From an uncultured Acidobacteriota bacterium (GTDB lineage: Bacteria; Acidobacteriota; Terriglobia; Acidiferrales; UBA7541), in assembly GCA_963760285.1 (NCBI GenBank), contig CAVXCI010000001.1, positions 2,067,289 to 2,131,288 on the forward strand: 64,000 nucleotides of DNA, given 5' to 3'. Both the position numbers and the translations under genes were made by a program. The notes beneath the pieces are model-generated. The model searched no databases, had not been told where the DNA came from, and worked only from the letters and a program-made list of their open reading frames with translations. Positions within the stretch are counted from its first letter, which is position 1, and every line of letters begins with the position of its first letter. Below, piece after piece: positions 1 through 10,002 of this stretch.

Positions 1-476
1 GTGACGGATTCATGGACATAATCGCCGCGCCATGCGCCGTGGCGGCGATGGTAGAGACGGATCTTCCAGTCGGGATACCAGCCGGAGTGCCCAATCCAGC
101 GTCCCATGTAAAAAGCGCGGCGAGGCCAGCGATAGCCGACGGGCAAGATTTCGCCCCCGGTTGATTCGGTTTCGGAAAAAGACTCCTTCCACTGCTGCAA
201 GGCGGCCTGCGCCCGTGGATTCATCTCTTCGTCAGCGTCCAGGCTCAGAATCCAGTCATGGGTGGCCTGCGAAGCGGCGAAATTCTTCTGCGCGGCATAG
301 CCGGGCCACGGATTGTGCAGGACGCGGGCCCCTTCTGTGGTTGCAATCCGGCATGTATCATCGGTAGAGCCAGAATCCACTACGATGACTTCGTCGGCGG
401 CTGACAGGGAGCGGATCGCACGGGCGATTGTTTCTTGCTCGTTGAGGGTGACAATGGTGGCTGATAAAATAGGCAT
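1..476 (-). CDS. Family 2 glycosyltransferase, partial; gene runs off the left edge
   Basis: Reverse-strand translation from ATG (complement of 474-476) gives MPILSATIVTLNEQETIARAIRSL...VVDSGSTDDT...SLDADE, the GT2 signature. The ORF is open to position 1, so the ORF track missed it (no stop inside the window). Confidence 0.6.
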   Translation of the reverse strand, partial: MPILSATIVTLNEQETIARAIRSLSAADEVIVVDSGSTDDTCRIATTEGARVLHNPWPGYAAQKNFAASQATHDWILSLDADEEMNPRAQAALQQWKESFSETESTGGEILPVGYRWPRRAFYMGRWIGHSGWYPDWKIRLYHRRHGAWRGDYVHESV

Positions 477-704
477 GGCAGGCGTTAGCTTGCGGGAGAT
501 GAAACTTTCCCATGCGCCGCGGGTTGATTCTAAGTGCCAATGGCTGAAAAACCTAGCGCTGGCTGGCTACCCAAATCCGGCCGAAGCCGGGGCGAAGTGG
601 TGCTATTCCCAAAGCCGCCTCGGCTCCCGGCTGCGCGGCGAAAAAGCAGCCTCGCCGCCGCGCAACTTTATGGTGCGCCAAGTGTTAGATACAATGTGTT
701 GGTG

Positions 705-1307
705 ATGGTGAGGTCAGACGTCCAACTGATGCTGGACGTGAAGGCCGGCGACGAGTCGTCATTCGACGAGCTTTTGCAACGTTACCGGACGCACGTGGTG
801 AACTTTCTCCAGCGCATGGTGCGCGATCAGGGCACGGCGGAAGATCTTGCGCAGGAGGTATTTCTCCGCGTTTATAATGCGCGGAACAAATACACCCCCA
901 GCGCGAAATTCACCACATGGCTTTTCCGCATCGCCAGCAACCTGGCGCTGAATTCACTGCGCGACGGGCGGCACCGGCAGAAGGAGATTTCTCTGGATGC
1001 CTCGCCGGAAGAAGATAGTTACGCCCTGGATGTTCCTTCGCGCGAGCCGCGTGTTGACGAGCGCCTGATGGAACGCGACCGGGCCAATTCGATTCGTATG
1101 GCTATCGAGCGTTTGCCGGAAAAGCAGCGGGCCGCGGTGCTGATGCATAAGTATCAGGAAATGGAATATGTGGACATTGCGGAAGCGCTGGATTGTTCGG
1201 AGAGCGCGCTGAAGTCGCTGCTCTTCCGCGCTTATGAGACTTTAAGGGTAGAACTGGCGCCAATGATTGGTGCTCCGGCGGCGATGCGCGCCGGTGGGGG
1301 TAAATAA
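705..1307 (+). CDS. ECF-type RNA polymerase sigma-70 factor
   Basis: Region 2 (AEDLAQEVFLRVYNARNKY) and region 4 (LPEKQRAAVLMHKYQEMEYVDIAEALDCSESALKSLLFRA) motifs are present. I chose ATG 705 inside the longer ORF 534-1307 to give a typical ~200 aa ECF size. Confidence 0.8.
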   Translation: MVRSDVQLMLDVKAGDESSFDELLQRYRTHVVNFLQRMVRDQGTAEDLAQEVFLRVYNARNKYTPSAKFTTWLFRIASNLALNSLRDGRHRQKEISLDASPEEDSYALDVPSREPRVDERLMERDRANSIRMAIERLPEKQRAAVLMHKYQEMEYVDIAEALDCSESALKSLLFRAYETLRVELAPMIGAPAAMRAGGGK

Positions 1308-1308
1308 C

Positions 1309-1794
1309 ATGCGTTGTGAAGAACTGTCGTCTGAATGGCTGTCTTATATGGACGGGCGGGCTACGTCCGCCGAACGGAAACGGCTGGAGGGTCATTTTCT
1401 GGAATGCGCCGCCTGCCACAGCCGCGCGGAGGAGTATCACCAGCTATGGAGCGTGCTGGCGGAGGCTCCCGTGACGGAGCCGTCGCTGGGCTTCAATGCA
1501 CGCGTGCGCGCGCGCATTGCCAGCCAGCGCCAGCCGCATTTCTGGGACTGGATGGTGCCTTCGCGGCGTTTGGCGTTTGCCATGGCGCTGCTGATGGCGC
1601 TATCGGTGTGGTTCGCGCGCGTGCCGGGAGACGTTACTACCGCGCAAAGTGACCAAGAATTCCTGATGATTCGCGACCTGCACGTGCTGGAGAATTATGA
1701 CGTCCTGAAAGACTTCAGCGCGCTCTCCGAGCTTCCGCCCGCATCGCCGGCCGATCAGCCTGCCCAGGTGGCGCCGGACGGCCAGACAATGTAG
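1309..1794 (+). CDS. Anti-sigma factor, zf-HC2 type with a transmembrane segment
   Basis: Its ATG overlaps the sigma-factor stop codon (TAACATG). It carries the HFLECAACHSRAEEYHQLW cysteine/histidine motif and a hydrophobic segment LAFAMALLMALSVWF. This is the classic sigma/anti-sigma pair. Confidence 0.6.
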   Translation: MRCEELSSEWLSYMDGRATSAERKRLEGHFLECAACHSRAEEYHQLWSVLAEAPVTEPSLGFNARVRARIASQRQPHFWDWMVPSRRLAFAMALLMALSVWFARVPGDVTTAQSDQEFLMIRDLHVLENYDVLKDFSALSELPPASPADQPAQVAPDGQTM

Positions 1795-1839
1795 GGTGTG
1801 TTGAAGAGCGGTTTTTGGGAAGTCGTCAAAACGAATTTC

Positions 1840-2487
1840 ATGATTCATAAGAAGCTCAATTCGGTGCTGTCTGCCTTGTTGTTGGGGACCATCCTGCTGA
1901 TGGGTCCGGCGATGGGGCGGCAGACGGCCTATGCCGGTCCACGGAACGCCGCGCAGGGACGCAAGGGCGGCGCGTCGGCGCATAAAAACGAATCCAAGAA
2001 CGACAATGGCGATGCCAGGACTTCCGCCGAAAATCTTCCGCCGCAGTGGGTGAACCACCTGCAGGAGATGTCACCGGAAGACCAGGAACGCTTCCTGAAA
2101 AACAACGAGCGCTTTCGCAAGCTTCCCCCGCAGCAGCAGGCGCAGATTCGCCAGCGGCTGCGTTACTGGAATGGGCTGAGCCCGGACGAGAAACAGGCGC
2201 TGCGCGACCGCCAGCGGGTGTGGGAACAGTTGACTCCGGAACAGCGTGAATATGCGCAGCGCGAAATTCTGCCCAAGTGGCAGAAGTTGCCTGACGAGCG
2301 CAAGCAGATGGTTCTTTCGCGCATGCGCACATTGAGCGGATTGAACGAAACAGACCGCGCGGCCAAGCTGAACGATCCGAATTTCATGCGCGGCCTTACT
2401 CCCGAAGAGCAGGACATGCTGAAGAATTTGAATTCGCTGCGCGGCGGTCCCGCTGAAGCGGCGCCGCTGGCCGTTCCCAACCAGTAG
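1840..2487 (+). CDS. Secreted DUF3106-like repeat protein (Q/R/E-rich)
   Basis: Signal peptide MIHKKLNSVLSALLLGTILLMGPAMG. Repeated LSPE(D/E)Q..F / W..L(S/T)P(D/E) units resemble DUF3106 proteins that often follow ECF/anti-sigma pairs. Confidence 0.45.
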   Translation: MIHKKLNSVLSALLLGTILLMGPAMGRQTAYAGPRNAAQGRKGGASAHKNESKNDNGDARTSAENLPPQWVNHLQEMSPEDQERFLKNNERFRKLPPQQQAQIRQRLRYWNGLSPDEKQALRDRQRVWEQLTPEQREYAQREILPKWQKLPDERKQMVLSRMRTLSGLNETDRAAKLNDPNFMRGLTPEEQDMLKNLNSLRGGPAEAAPLAVPNQ

Positions 2488-2840
2488 TCTCTCCCCCAGT
2501 ACGGCCCACGCGGAAAGTTCGCACCCTTGATTTTTCACCAGGAATCCACTCGCAATTAAATACCTGTTCATGTTTCCGTCCGTGCCGAAGGGTCACGTAG
2601 CGGGGAATCGCGTGCAATTGGAAACCTGATTGGCGGCGCGAGCCTCCGTGGTGATGTGCGCGGAAGGAACACCGCTGGCGGGAATGCGCATGCCCGAAAA
2701 ACGCAGGAAAGCGTGCCACTATATCTAGCTGTTTCCAGCTGCACGCACCACAAAATGTAGTGTGTGCCGCGAAGGCGCGCCGCAATGAATCACGCAGCGC
2801 CTTCCGCCGTGTTTTTTTCGCGGCAATGTCTTCTTTTCCC

Positions 2841-2868
2841 TTGACAAGCATTCCTTCCTGTTTACAAT
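2841..2868 (+). promoter_or_regulatory. Near-consensus sigma-70 promoter, candidate Pmra of the dcw cluster
   Basis: TTGACA (2841-2846), a 16-nt spacer, then TACAAT (2863-2868), about 115 bp upstream of the mraZ ATG. Confidence 0.45.
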
Positions 2869-2879
2869 GAGGGCACAAA

Positions 2880-2946
2880 GTGGGAAATTTTAGAATGTAG
2901 TGGGAAGTTAGTTTGAAGCAGTGGAACGCGGTGTAAGGCTGTGGGA
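2880..2946 (+). promoter_or_regulatory. Array of four GTGG(G/A)A direct repeats, candidate MraZ operator
   Basis: GTGGGA at 2880, GTGGGA at 2900, GTGGAA at 2921 and GTGGGA at 2941, spaced 20-21 bp. They sit between the promoter and the mraZ start. MraZ is known to bind GTGGG-type direct repeats. Confidence 0.35.
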
Positions 2947-2982
2947 GAAGCTGCTCTTTGGCGAAAAAGAGCGGCAATCCAA

Positions 2983-3417
2983 ATGCGCGGTAACTTTCAG
3001 GCAACTGTGGATGACAAAGGGCGGCTGAAGATCCCCGCCGATTTTCTGGCGGAACTGCGCAAGTACGGGCGCCGTTTTTTTGTCACCAGCGAGTCCGGGG
3101 TATTCGGCTTGATCTACCCAATTAAGGAATGGCAGGGGATCGAGAAGAAACTGGTTTCGCTTTCCACGCACAACCGCGCCAAGCAGAAATTTCTGGACCG
3201 CACCAACTACTTCGGGCAGGAAATGGAACTGGACGGGCAGGGACGGCTGCTGTTGCCGCCGGTGTTGCGGGAAGCCGCCGCGCTGGAAGGAGCCGTGGAC
3301 GTGCTGGGAAACCTGAACAGCCTGCGCGTCTGGAACCACTCGCGGTTCATGGAATACCTGAAGGCCAGCGAGATGACCGCGGAAGACGACCAGATTCTGG
3401 ACGCGCTGGGTATCTAA
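2983..3417 (+). CDS. mraZ: Transcriptional regulator MraZ
   Basis: MRGNFQATVDDKGRLKIPADF is a typical MraZ N-terminus and the protein is a two-repeat MraZ fold. It is the first gene of the dcw cluster. Confidence 0.85.
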   Translation: MRGNFQATVDDKGRLKIPADFLAELRKYGRRFFVTSESGVFGLIYPIKEWQGIEKKLVSLSTHNRAKQKFLDRTNYFGQEMELDGQGRLLLPPVLREAAALEGAVDVLGNLNSLRVWNHSRFMEYLKASEMTAEDDQILDALGI

Positions 3418-3421
3418 AGGT

Positions 3422-4333
3422 TTGAACCTGCTGCATACGCCGGTGATGGCCGGCGAGGTGGTTGGAGGGCTGAACATTCAGCCAGACGGAATTTATGTTG
3501 ATGCCACCCTTGGAGCCGCGGGACATGCAGTGGAAATTGCCAGTCGGCTCACGAATGGGCGGTTGGTGGGGCTGGATCGCGACCCGCGGGCCATCGAAGC
3601 GGCGCGCGAGCGGCTGCAAGGTTTGGAAGAAAAGGTGACGCTGGTGCAGGCAAGTTTCTCGCAAATCGGCGAAGTGCAACGGGAGCTGGGGCTTCCGCTG
3701 TTCAGCGGAGTGCTGGCCGATCTGGGCGTTTCCAGCATGCAGCTGGACCGCGCCGAGCGGGGATTCGCCATTCGCCTGCCGGGGCCGCTGGATATGCGCA
3801 TGAACCCGGCGGAAGAGCAGACAGCGGAAGAGATTGTGAACACGTGGCCGGAGAAGGAACTGGCCAATCTCCTCTACGAAAAAGGCGAGGAGAGAGATTC
3901 ACGAAGGATCGCCAGAGCAATTGTCCGGGCGCGGCCCATCCGCGATACCGGACATCTGGCAACGGTTGTGGCAGGGGCCCGCAAAGACAGGGGAAGGCAG
4001 AGACTGCATCCCGCGACAAAAACGTTTCTGGCGCTGCGGATTGCGGTGAATCGAGAAGAGGAGGAACTCGAGCAGTTTCTCGCGCGGACCCCTGCCACTT
4101 TAGCTTCTGGCGGACGGTGGGTGGTGCTGAGCTACCACTCACTGGAAGACCGCGCCGTCAAACAGGCCTTTAAGCGCGAAGCGCAGGCCGGACGGCTGAA
4201 CATTCTTACCCGGAAAGTGGTGCAGCCGGGAGAAGAGGAAGTGAGCACGAATCCTCGCGCGCGGAGCGCCCGGCTGCGCGTGGCGGAGAGGACGGACACA
4301 ACAGGGGCGGAAGGCGCGGAACAATATGACTGA
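3422..4333 (+). CDS. rsmH: 16S rRNA (cytosine1402-N4)-methyltransferase RsmH/MraW
   Basis: HTPVM..EVV..L...DGIYVDATLGAAGHA SAM-binding N-terminus, with conserved synteny after mraZ. TTG start. Confidence 0.9.
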   Translation: MNLLHTPVMAGEVVGGLNIQPDGIYVDATLGAAGHAVEIASRLTNGRLVGLDRDPRAIEAARERLQGLEEKVTLVQASFSQIGEVQRELGLPLFSGVLADLGVSSMQLDRAERGFAIRLPGPLDMRMNPAEEQTAEEIVNTWPEKELANLLYEKGEERDSRRIARAIVRARPIRDTGHLATVVAGARKDRGRQRLHPATKTFLALRIAVNREEEELEQFLARTPATLASGGRWVVLSYHSLEDRAVKQAFKREAQAGRLNILTRKVVQPGEEEVSTNPRARSARLRVAERTDTTGAEGAEQYD

Positions 4334-4715
4334 ATTCGTAACCGTCAAACAGATTGATAACTCGCGCCTGATCCGCGCGGTCCCGCCGGGTCGCACGCGC
4401 GATTGCCTGCGGCGCGCCGCCTGGGGCGCGGTGCTGGCAATTTTCTGCCTGTTCTATGCCTGGCAGCACTTTCAATGCATCCAGACGCGCAGTGACCTGG
4501 AGGGCTTGCAGAATCTGCGCGCCCAGGCGGAGGAGCGCAACCAGGAGTTGCGCATCGAAATGTCGCAATTGCGTTCGCCGATGCGCATTGACGCCATTGC
4601 CCGCCAGCAACTGGGGCTGACGATTCCGCTGCCGGGCCAGGTGGCTCCGGCCTCCGCGGCAAGCGATTCCGTCCTGGCGCAGATGCACAACGTATCCGCT
4701 TCCAACCGGCCGTAA
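4326..4715 (+). CDS. ftsL: Cell division protein FtsL
   Basis: Small bitopic protein with one TM helix (WGAVLAIFCLFYAW) followed by a coiled-coil. Its ATG overlaps the rsmH stop, in the canonical dcw position. Confidence 0.75.
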   Translation: MTEFVTVKQIDNSRLIRAVPPGRTRDCLRRAAWGAVLAIFCLFYAWQHFQCIQTRSDLEGLQNLRAQAEERNQELRIEMSQLRSPMRIDAIARQQLGLTIPLPGQVAPASAASDSVLAQMHNVSASNRP

Positions 4716-4794
4716 TGCACATCCGCCGCGGGGTTTGAGGCGTTGCCTCCGCCACGGGAAACGAGGAGACACCTGACCTGAAAGGCCAGAGCCC

Positions 4795-6861
4795 ATGGAG
4801 CCGTCCAAACCGTCCGCCCGCTGGTTCGCCATTCTTGTTATCGGTGCTCTGTGGACACTGACGGTTACCGCGCGGCTGGGCTGGCTGCAATTAGTCCGCT
4901 ATAGCACCTATCTCGGTAAGGCCCGCCACCAGCAGGAACATCTCATTGAAATCAGCCCGGAACGCGGCGTCATTTACGACCGCAATGGACGTGAACTGGC
5001 CATCAGCACGCCAGTGGATTCCTGCTTCGCCAATCCCAACGAAATCACCGATCCAGGGATGGTTGCCAGGCTGCTCGCGCCCATCCTGAAAGTGCCGGAA
5101 GGCGACCTGCTCACCAGGCTGCAGGAAAAAAAATCATTTGTCTGGATTGAACGCAAGCTGCCCCCGCAGATTTCGCAGCGCATTTCCGGCTTGAACCTCC
5201 GCGGCATTTACCTTCAAAAAGAAACGGAGCGATTTTATCCGCAGGGGACGCTCGCGGCGCATGCGCTGGGGTACGTGGATACGGATGGCCGCGGGCTGGG
5301 TGGCATCGAGTACGAATACGACAAGCAGATTCGCGGGCGCGCGGGACATATGCTGGTGCTGGAAGATGCCCACCGCCGCTGGCTGGATCGCAAGGTGATT
5401 CCTGCCGCGCCGGGAGCCAGCGTGGTCCTGACCATTGACGAGAACATCCAGTACATCGCGGAAAAGGAACTGGACGCGGAGATGGTTTTATCGCACGCCA
5501 AGTCCGGCGTGGTGCTGGTGCAGAATCCGGCCAACGGCGAAATTCTGGCGCTGGCGAGCTGGCCGACGTTCGATCCCAATCATGTGGGGAACGCTCCGAC
5601 GGAAAATCTAATGGACCGCGCGGTGACCGCGGCATACGAGCCCGGCTCGACGTTCAAGCTCATCACCCTGGCCGGCGCGCTGCAGGAAAAAATCACCACA
5701 CCGGAGGAAGTGGTGGACTGCCAGATGGGCAAGATCATGCTGGCCGGGCGTTTGATACACGACCACAAGCCATTTGGATTGCTCACCGTGGCGGACGTTC
5801 TGGCCAAGTCCAGTGATATCGGCGCGATCAAAATCGGCCTGCGTCTGGGCCCCCAGAGGTTTTACCAGCACATCCGCGATTTTGGGTTCGGCGAGGCCAC
5901 GGGAATTGAACTGCCCGGAGAGAATCCGGGGTTGCTACGGCGCGTGGAGAACTGGACGGCCTCGTCGATTGGATCTCTGGCCATGGGGCAGGAGATTAGC
6001 GTCAATCCATTGCAGCTGGTTTCCGCTGTGTCCTCTATCGCTAACGGGGGAATGCTTTACAAGCCGCGTCTCGTCAAGGAAATTCGCCGCGTCAACGGCG
6101 TGGAAACCATCTCGCCGCCGGAACCGCAGCGGGACCTGAGCGCCACGACCGCAGCCACGGTACGCAACATGATGGAGGGGGTTGTCCTGACAGGCACGGC
6201 CAAATCCGCGCAGCTGGCCGGGTATAGCGTGGCGGGAAAAACGGGAACGGCGCAGAAAATCGATCCGGCGACGGGGCGTTATTCGGCCACGCAATACATC
6301 GCTTCGTTTGTGGGCTTTGCGCCGGTGAACAACCCGCCGGTTACCGTGCTAGTGGTGCTGGATTCGCCGGTGGGCTTGCACATGGGAGGCGACACGGCGG
6401 CGCCGCTCTTCAAACGCGTGATGGAGCAGATTCTGGCGTACCTGGGCGTGCCGCACGATCAGCCGCTCTCGCCGCAACAGCAGAAGGAATTCGCCCGGGC
6501 AGGAGTTCCTCCCGCCGCGCCGGCCGCAACGGAGGCGGACCTCGAAGACGCTCCGGGAACGGTTGTCGGCGATTCCGGGGAGCCGGCTAGCAATTCAAAG
6601 GACGCCGATCCATCCACAGTGCAGACGGCGGCATTCAACGACGGTTCCGCGGTGGCCATGCCGAATTTTGCAGGTCGGAGCGTGCGTGACGTGACCGAGT
6701 CGTGTCTGCAGCTCGGATTGAATCCTGTCCTGATTGGCAACGGAATTGCCGCTGAGCAATCACCGGAGCCGGGCACGCAGGTACCGCGAGGCGGACGAGT
6801 GACCATTCATTTCTTCCGCGCGGTGTTTTCGCCGGTGGCGGCGCGCGAGAACGGAAGGTGA
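4795..6861 (+). CDS. ftsI: Peptidoglycan D,D-transpeptidase FtsI (class B PBP) with a C-terminal PASTA domain
   Basis: N-terminal TM helix, PBP dimerisation domain and a transpeptidase domain (STFK at EPGSTFKLIT, KTGT). The C-terminal ~70 aa (MPNFAGRSVRDVTESCLQLGLNPVLIGNGIAAEQSPEPGTQV) is PASTA-like. Confidence 0.85.
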   Translation: MEPSKPSARWFAILVIGALWTLTVTARLGWLQLVRYSTYLGKARHQQEHLIEISPERGVIYDRNGRELAISTPVDSCFANPNEITDPGMVARLLAPILKVPEGDLLTRLQEKKSFVWIERKLPPQISQRISGLNLRGIYLQKETERFYPQGTLAAHALGYVDTDGRGLGGIEYEYDKQIRGRAGHMLVLEDAHRRWLDRKVIPAAPGASVVLTIDENIQYIAEKELDAEMVLSHAKSGVVLVQNPANGEILALASWPTFDPNHVGNAPTENLMDRAVTAAYEPGSTFKLITLAGALQEKITTPEEVVDCQMGKIMLAGRLIHDHKPFGLLTVADVLAKSSDIGAIKIGLRLGPQRFYQHIRDFGFGEATGIELPGENPGLLRRVENWTASSIGSLAMGQEISVNPLQLVSAVSSIANGGMLYKPRLVKEIRRVNGVETISPPEPQRDLSATTAATVRNMMEGVVLTGTAKSAQLAGYSVAGKTGTAQKIDPATGRYSATQYIASFVGFAPVNNPPVTVLVVLDSPVGLHMGGDTAAPLFKRVMEQILAYLGVPHDQPLSPQQQKEFARAGVPPAAPAATEADLEDAPGTVVGDSGEPASNSKDADPSTVQTAAFNDGSAVAMPNFAGRSVRDVTESCLQLGLNPVLIGNGIAAEQSPEPGTQVPRGGRVTIHFFRAVFSPVAARENGR

Positions 6862-6929
6862 AATCATTGGCACAGCAGCCCGAGGCCTGGAACGATGCGC
6901 CGGAAGCGCCTATATTGGAATTGAATAGA

Positions 6930-8411
6930 ATGAAACTTCAGGAAATCTTGAAAGATATAGAAATCACACGAATTTGGGGTTCGCCCGAAGTGGAAATCAA
7001 TTCCGTGGCTTGTGACAGCCGTCAGGTTGTTCCTGGCGCGCTGTTCTTTGCGCTCCAGGGAGCCAGGACGGACGGCAACTTCTTCACACCTGACGCCATA
7101 TCCCGCGGAGCGGTGGCCATTGTCAGTGATGCGCCGCCGCAAGAAGCGCGGCCACCCCTGACGTGGGTTCAGGTGACACATGCGCGCCGGGCGTTGGCAT
7201 CGGCCGCGGCGTCGTTCTACGGGCATCCCGCGCAATCGCTGCAATTGATTGGCATCACCGGAACGAACGGCAAGACCACCACAAGTTACCTGGTGGATTC
7301 CATTTTGCGCGCGGCGGGACGCATCACCGGGCTGGCGGGCACAGTGGAATGGCGGACGCCGGCGGGAGTTCAGGCAGCGCGCAATACCACGCCGGAATCG
7401 CTGGAGCTACAGCGCATGTTCGCGGAAATTCGCGATGCGGCCGGGACGGATGCGGTGCTGGAAGTAAGTTCCCATTCGCTGATGATGGACCGGCTGTGGG
7501 GATGCCATTTTGCGGCGGCGGTGTTCACCAATCTCACGCGCGATCATCTGGATTTTCATCAGGATCTGGAAAATTACTTTGCGGCCAAGAAACGGCTGTT
7601 TGAAGGCACGGGAGCAGGTGCGCCGGACGCGGCGGTGATAAACACAGACGATCCACGCGGCGCGCTCCTGAAGGGGCTGGCGGGACGCACGCTAACCTAC
7701 GGATTGCGCAATGGGGCGCAAATCACCGCGCGCAAAATCCAGCTCTCCTGGGAAGGCCTGGACTTCACGGCGCAGACACCGGAAGGCAAGTTCGAGGTTC
7801 ATTCACCGCTGATTGCGCGCATCAATGTTTACAACATTCTCGCGGCCATCGGCGCGGCGCTGGCGCTGGAGATTCCGCTGGCCGCCATCGAAAAAGGCAT
7901 CGCCCAGGTGCGTAGCGTCTCCGGGCGATTCGAGCGCATTGATGAAGGCCAGCCGTTTCTTGTGGTGGTGGATTTTGCGCACACGGACGATGCTCTGCGC
8001 AGCCTCATTACCACGGCCCGCGAACTGAATCCCTCGGGACGGATCATCACGTTGTTTGGTCCCGGCGGCGAAAAGGACCGCACCAAACGCCCGCTGATGG
8101 GCGAGGCTACCGGCAGCGTGAGCGATCTGGTGATCCTCACCAGCGACAATCCGCGGTCGGAAGATCCGCTGCGTATCATCAATGACGTTCTGGTGGGCAT
8201 GCAGAGAGTGGAAGGGAATTACCGAATTGAACTGGACCGAGAGCGTGCCATCGAGATGGCTTTTGAAGAAGCGCGGCCGGGCGACACCGTTTTGCTGGCC
8301 GGAAAAGGCCACGAGAATTACCAGATATTGAAGGACCGCACACTGGATTTCGACGACCGCGAAGTCGCGCGCCGCATTTTGCGCCAACGCGGGTTTCGCA
8401 AAGAAACGTAA
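6930..8411 (+). CDS. murE: UDP-N-acetylmuramoyl-L-alanyl-D-glutamate--2,6-diaminopimelate ligase
   Basis: Mur ligase domains (GITGTNGKTTT P-loop, DNPR motif) in dcw synteny. The start could instead be the GTG at 6858, which overlaps the ftsI stop. Confidence 0.85.
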   Translation: MKLQEILKDIEITRIWGSPEVEINSVACDSRQVVPGALFFALQGARTDGNFFTPDAISRGAVAIVSDAPPQEARPPLTWVQVTHARRALASAAASFYGHPAQSLQLIGITGTNGKTTTSYLVDSILRAAGRITGLAGTVEWRTPAGVQAARNTTPESLELQRMFAEIRDAAGTDAVLEVSSHSLMMDRLWGCHFAAAVFTNLTRDHLDFHQDLENYFAAKKRLFEGTGAGAPDAAVINTDDPRGALLKGLAGRTLTYGLRNGAQITARKIQLSWEGLDFTAQTPEGKFEVHSPLIARINVYNILAAIGAALALEIPLAAIEKGIAQVRSVSGRFERIDEGQPFLVVVDFAHTDDALRSLITTARELNPSGRIITLFGPGGEKDRTKRPLMGEATGSVSDLVILTSDNPRSEDPLRIINDVLVGMQRVEGNYRIELDRERAIEMAFEEARPGDTVLLAGKGHENYQILKDRTLDFDDREVARRILRQRGFRKET

Positions 8412-8516
8412 ACACCCCTCCGCGCGGGGCATGAGGCAAAGAGGGTTGCGGGCGGCAGTCATCTTGCAAGGGAAGGTGCAGCGCAGAGGCGTGACACTCA
8501 GCCCGTGGGAGATGCG

Positions 8517-10001
8517 ATGCAGTGGACGTTGGAACAAGTGGCTCGCGCTTTGGGCCTTGCGATTCCCAGCGGGCTCAACCCCGTGGCCCGGCTGGCCGGC
8601 GTCTCGATTGATTCCCGCACGATTCGACACGGTGAACTGTTCATCGCCATACGCGGGCCGCGTCACGATGGACACGCTTTCGTGGCGCAAGCCCTGGCCA
8701 CTGGCGCTCTGGCGGCCGTGGTTCAGGACGGCGCGTATTCGGATTTTCCGGCGGAAATTAGTGGCCGGTTCTTCGCCGTGGAGGACACGCTCGGGGCTCT
8801 GCAACAACTGGCCCGCGCCGTCCTGCGCGAATGGCGCGGCGCGCCAGGCCACCGGCTCGCGGCTGTCACCGGTTCGGCGGGAAAAACTACTACCAAGGAG
8901 ATCCTGGCGGCGGTGCTGGGCGCGCGGATGCGCGTGCTGAAATCAGAGGGCAACCTCAACAATGAGTATGGCCTGCCGCTGACGTTGTTGCGCCTCGAAG
9001 AGGCGGACGAGGCCATTGTGGCGGAACTGGGAATGTCGCGCCGGGGGGAATTGGCGCGGCTGGCCGCGCTGTGCGAGCCGGATATCGGCATCGTGACGTG
9101 TGTGGCTCCCGTACATCTGGAGTTTTTTTCATCCGTGGAGGAAATCGCGCTGGCAAAACGGGAGTTGATTGAAGGACTGGGTGGACGCGCGCCGGTGGCG
9201 GTTTTGAACGCCGACGATCATCGCGTGGCGCGCTTTGGAGATGGCTTCCGCGGGAAGGTGGTCACGTTTGGCATTGACGCCGCGGCGGATTACCGCGCGA
9301 TGGACGTAAGAAGTCGCGGCATTGAAGGCTCCGAATGGGATTGCGCCGGTCCGAAGGGCAGCGCGCGCGTTTCGCTGCCGCTGGCTGGTCGCCACAATAT
9401 TTACAACGCGCTGGCGGCCGTGGCTGCGGCGGGCGAGTGGGGAGTCACCGTGGCGGAATCCGCGGCGGTGCTGCGCCGCATCCGGCCCGCTCGCATGCGC
9501 GGCGAACTGCTGCGTTTTGCGGCGGGATTTGTGGTGGTGAACGATGCTTACAATTCCAACCCGTCGGCGATGAAGCAGGTGATGGAAGCGGTGGCTGCCA
9601 CGCCGGGTTATAGCCGGCGACTGGTAGCCATTGGCGAAATGCGCGAGTTGGGACCAACATCCGTTGAATTGCACCGCGAATGCGGCCGCGATGCGGCCGG
9701 CCTGGGCAAACTGGACTGGATTTTCGCCATAAGCGGCGATGCCGCGGAAATTATTTCCGGAGCGGTGGCTGCGGGATTTCCCGCGGAACGCACAAAGTTC
9801 TTTGCTTCTTCCGAAGAAGCGGCGCAATTTCTGGCCGGGTTTGTGGAACCGGGCGATTTGCTCCTGGTGAAAGGTTCGCGCGGCGTGCGCATGGAAGCCA
9901 TCGTGGAGGCCATCCTGGCGCGGCATCCCGAAACAGCGCCGGAGATTTCCGCCAGCGCGGAGCCGGGAGCGATGACTCCATCGCGGCAGGGCGGCAGCTG
10001 A
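8517..10001 (+). CDS. murF: UDP-N-acetylmuramoyl-tripeptide--D-alanyl-D-alanine ligase
   Basis: Mur ligase with GSAGKTTTKE P-loop, in dcw synteny. Confidence 0.85.
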   Translation: MQWTLEQVARALGLAIPSGLNPVARLAGVSIDSRTIRHGELFIAIRGPRHDGHAFVAQALATGALAAVVQDGAYSDFPAEISGRFFAVEDTLGALQQLARAVLREWRGAPGHRLAAVTGSAGKTTTKEILAAVLGARMRVLKSEGNLNNEYGLPLTLLRLEEADEAIVAELGMSRRGELARLAALCEPDIGIVTCVAPVHLEFFSSVEEIALAKRELIEGLGGRAPVAVLNADDHRVARFGDGFRGKVVTFGIDAAADYRAMDVRSRGIEGSEWDCAGPKGSARVSLPLAGRHNIYNALAAVAAAGEWGVTVAESAAVLRRIRPARMRGELLRFAAGFVVVNDAYNSNPSAMKQVMEAVAATPGYSRRLVAIGEMRELGPTSVELHRECGRDAAGLGKLDWIFAISGDAAEIISGAVAAGFPAERTKFFASSEEAAQFLAGFVEPGDLLLVKGSRGVRMEAIVEAILARHPETAPEISASAEPGAMTPSRQGGS

Positions 10002-10002
10002 C

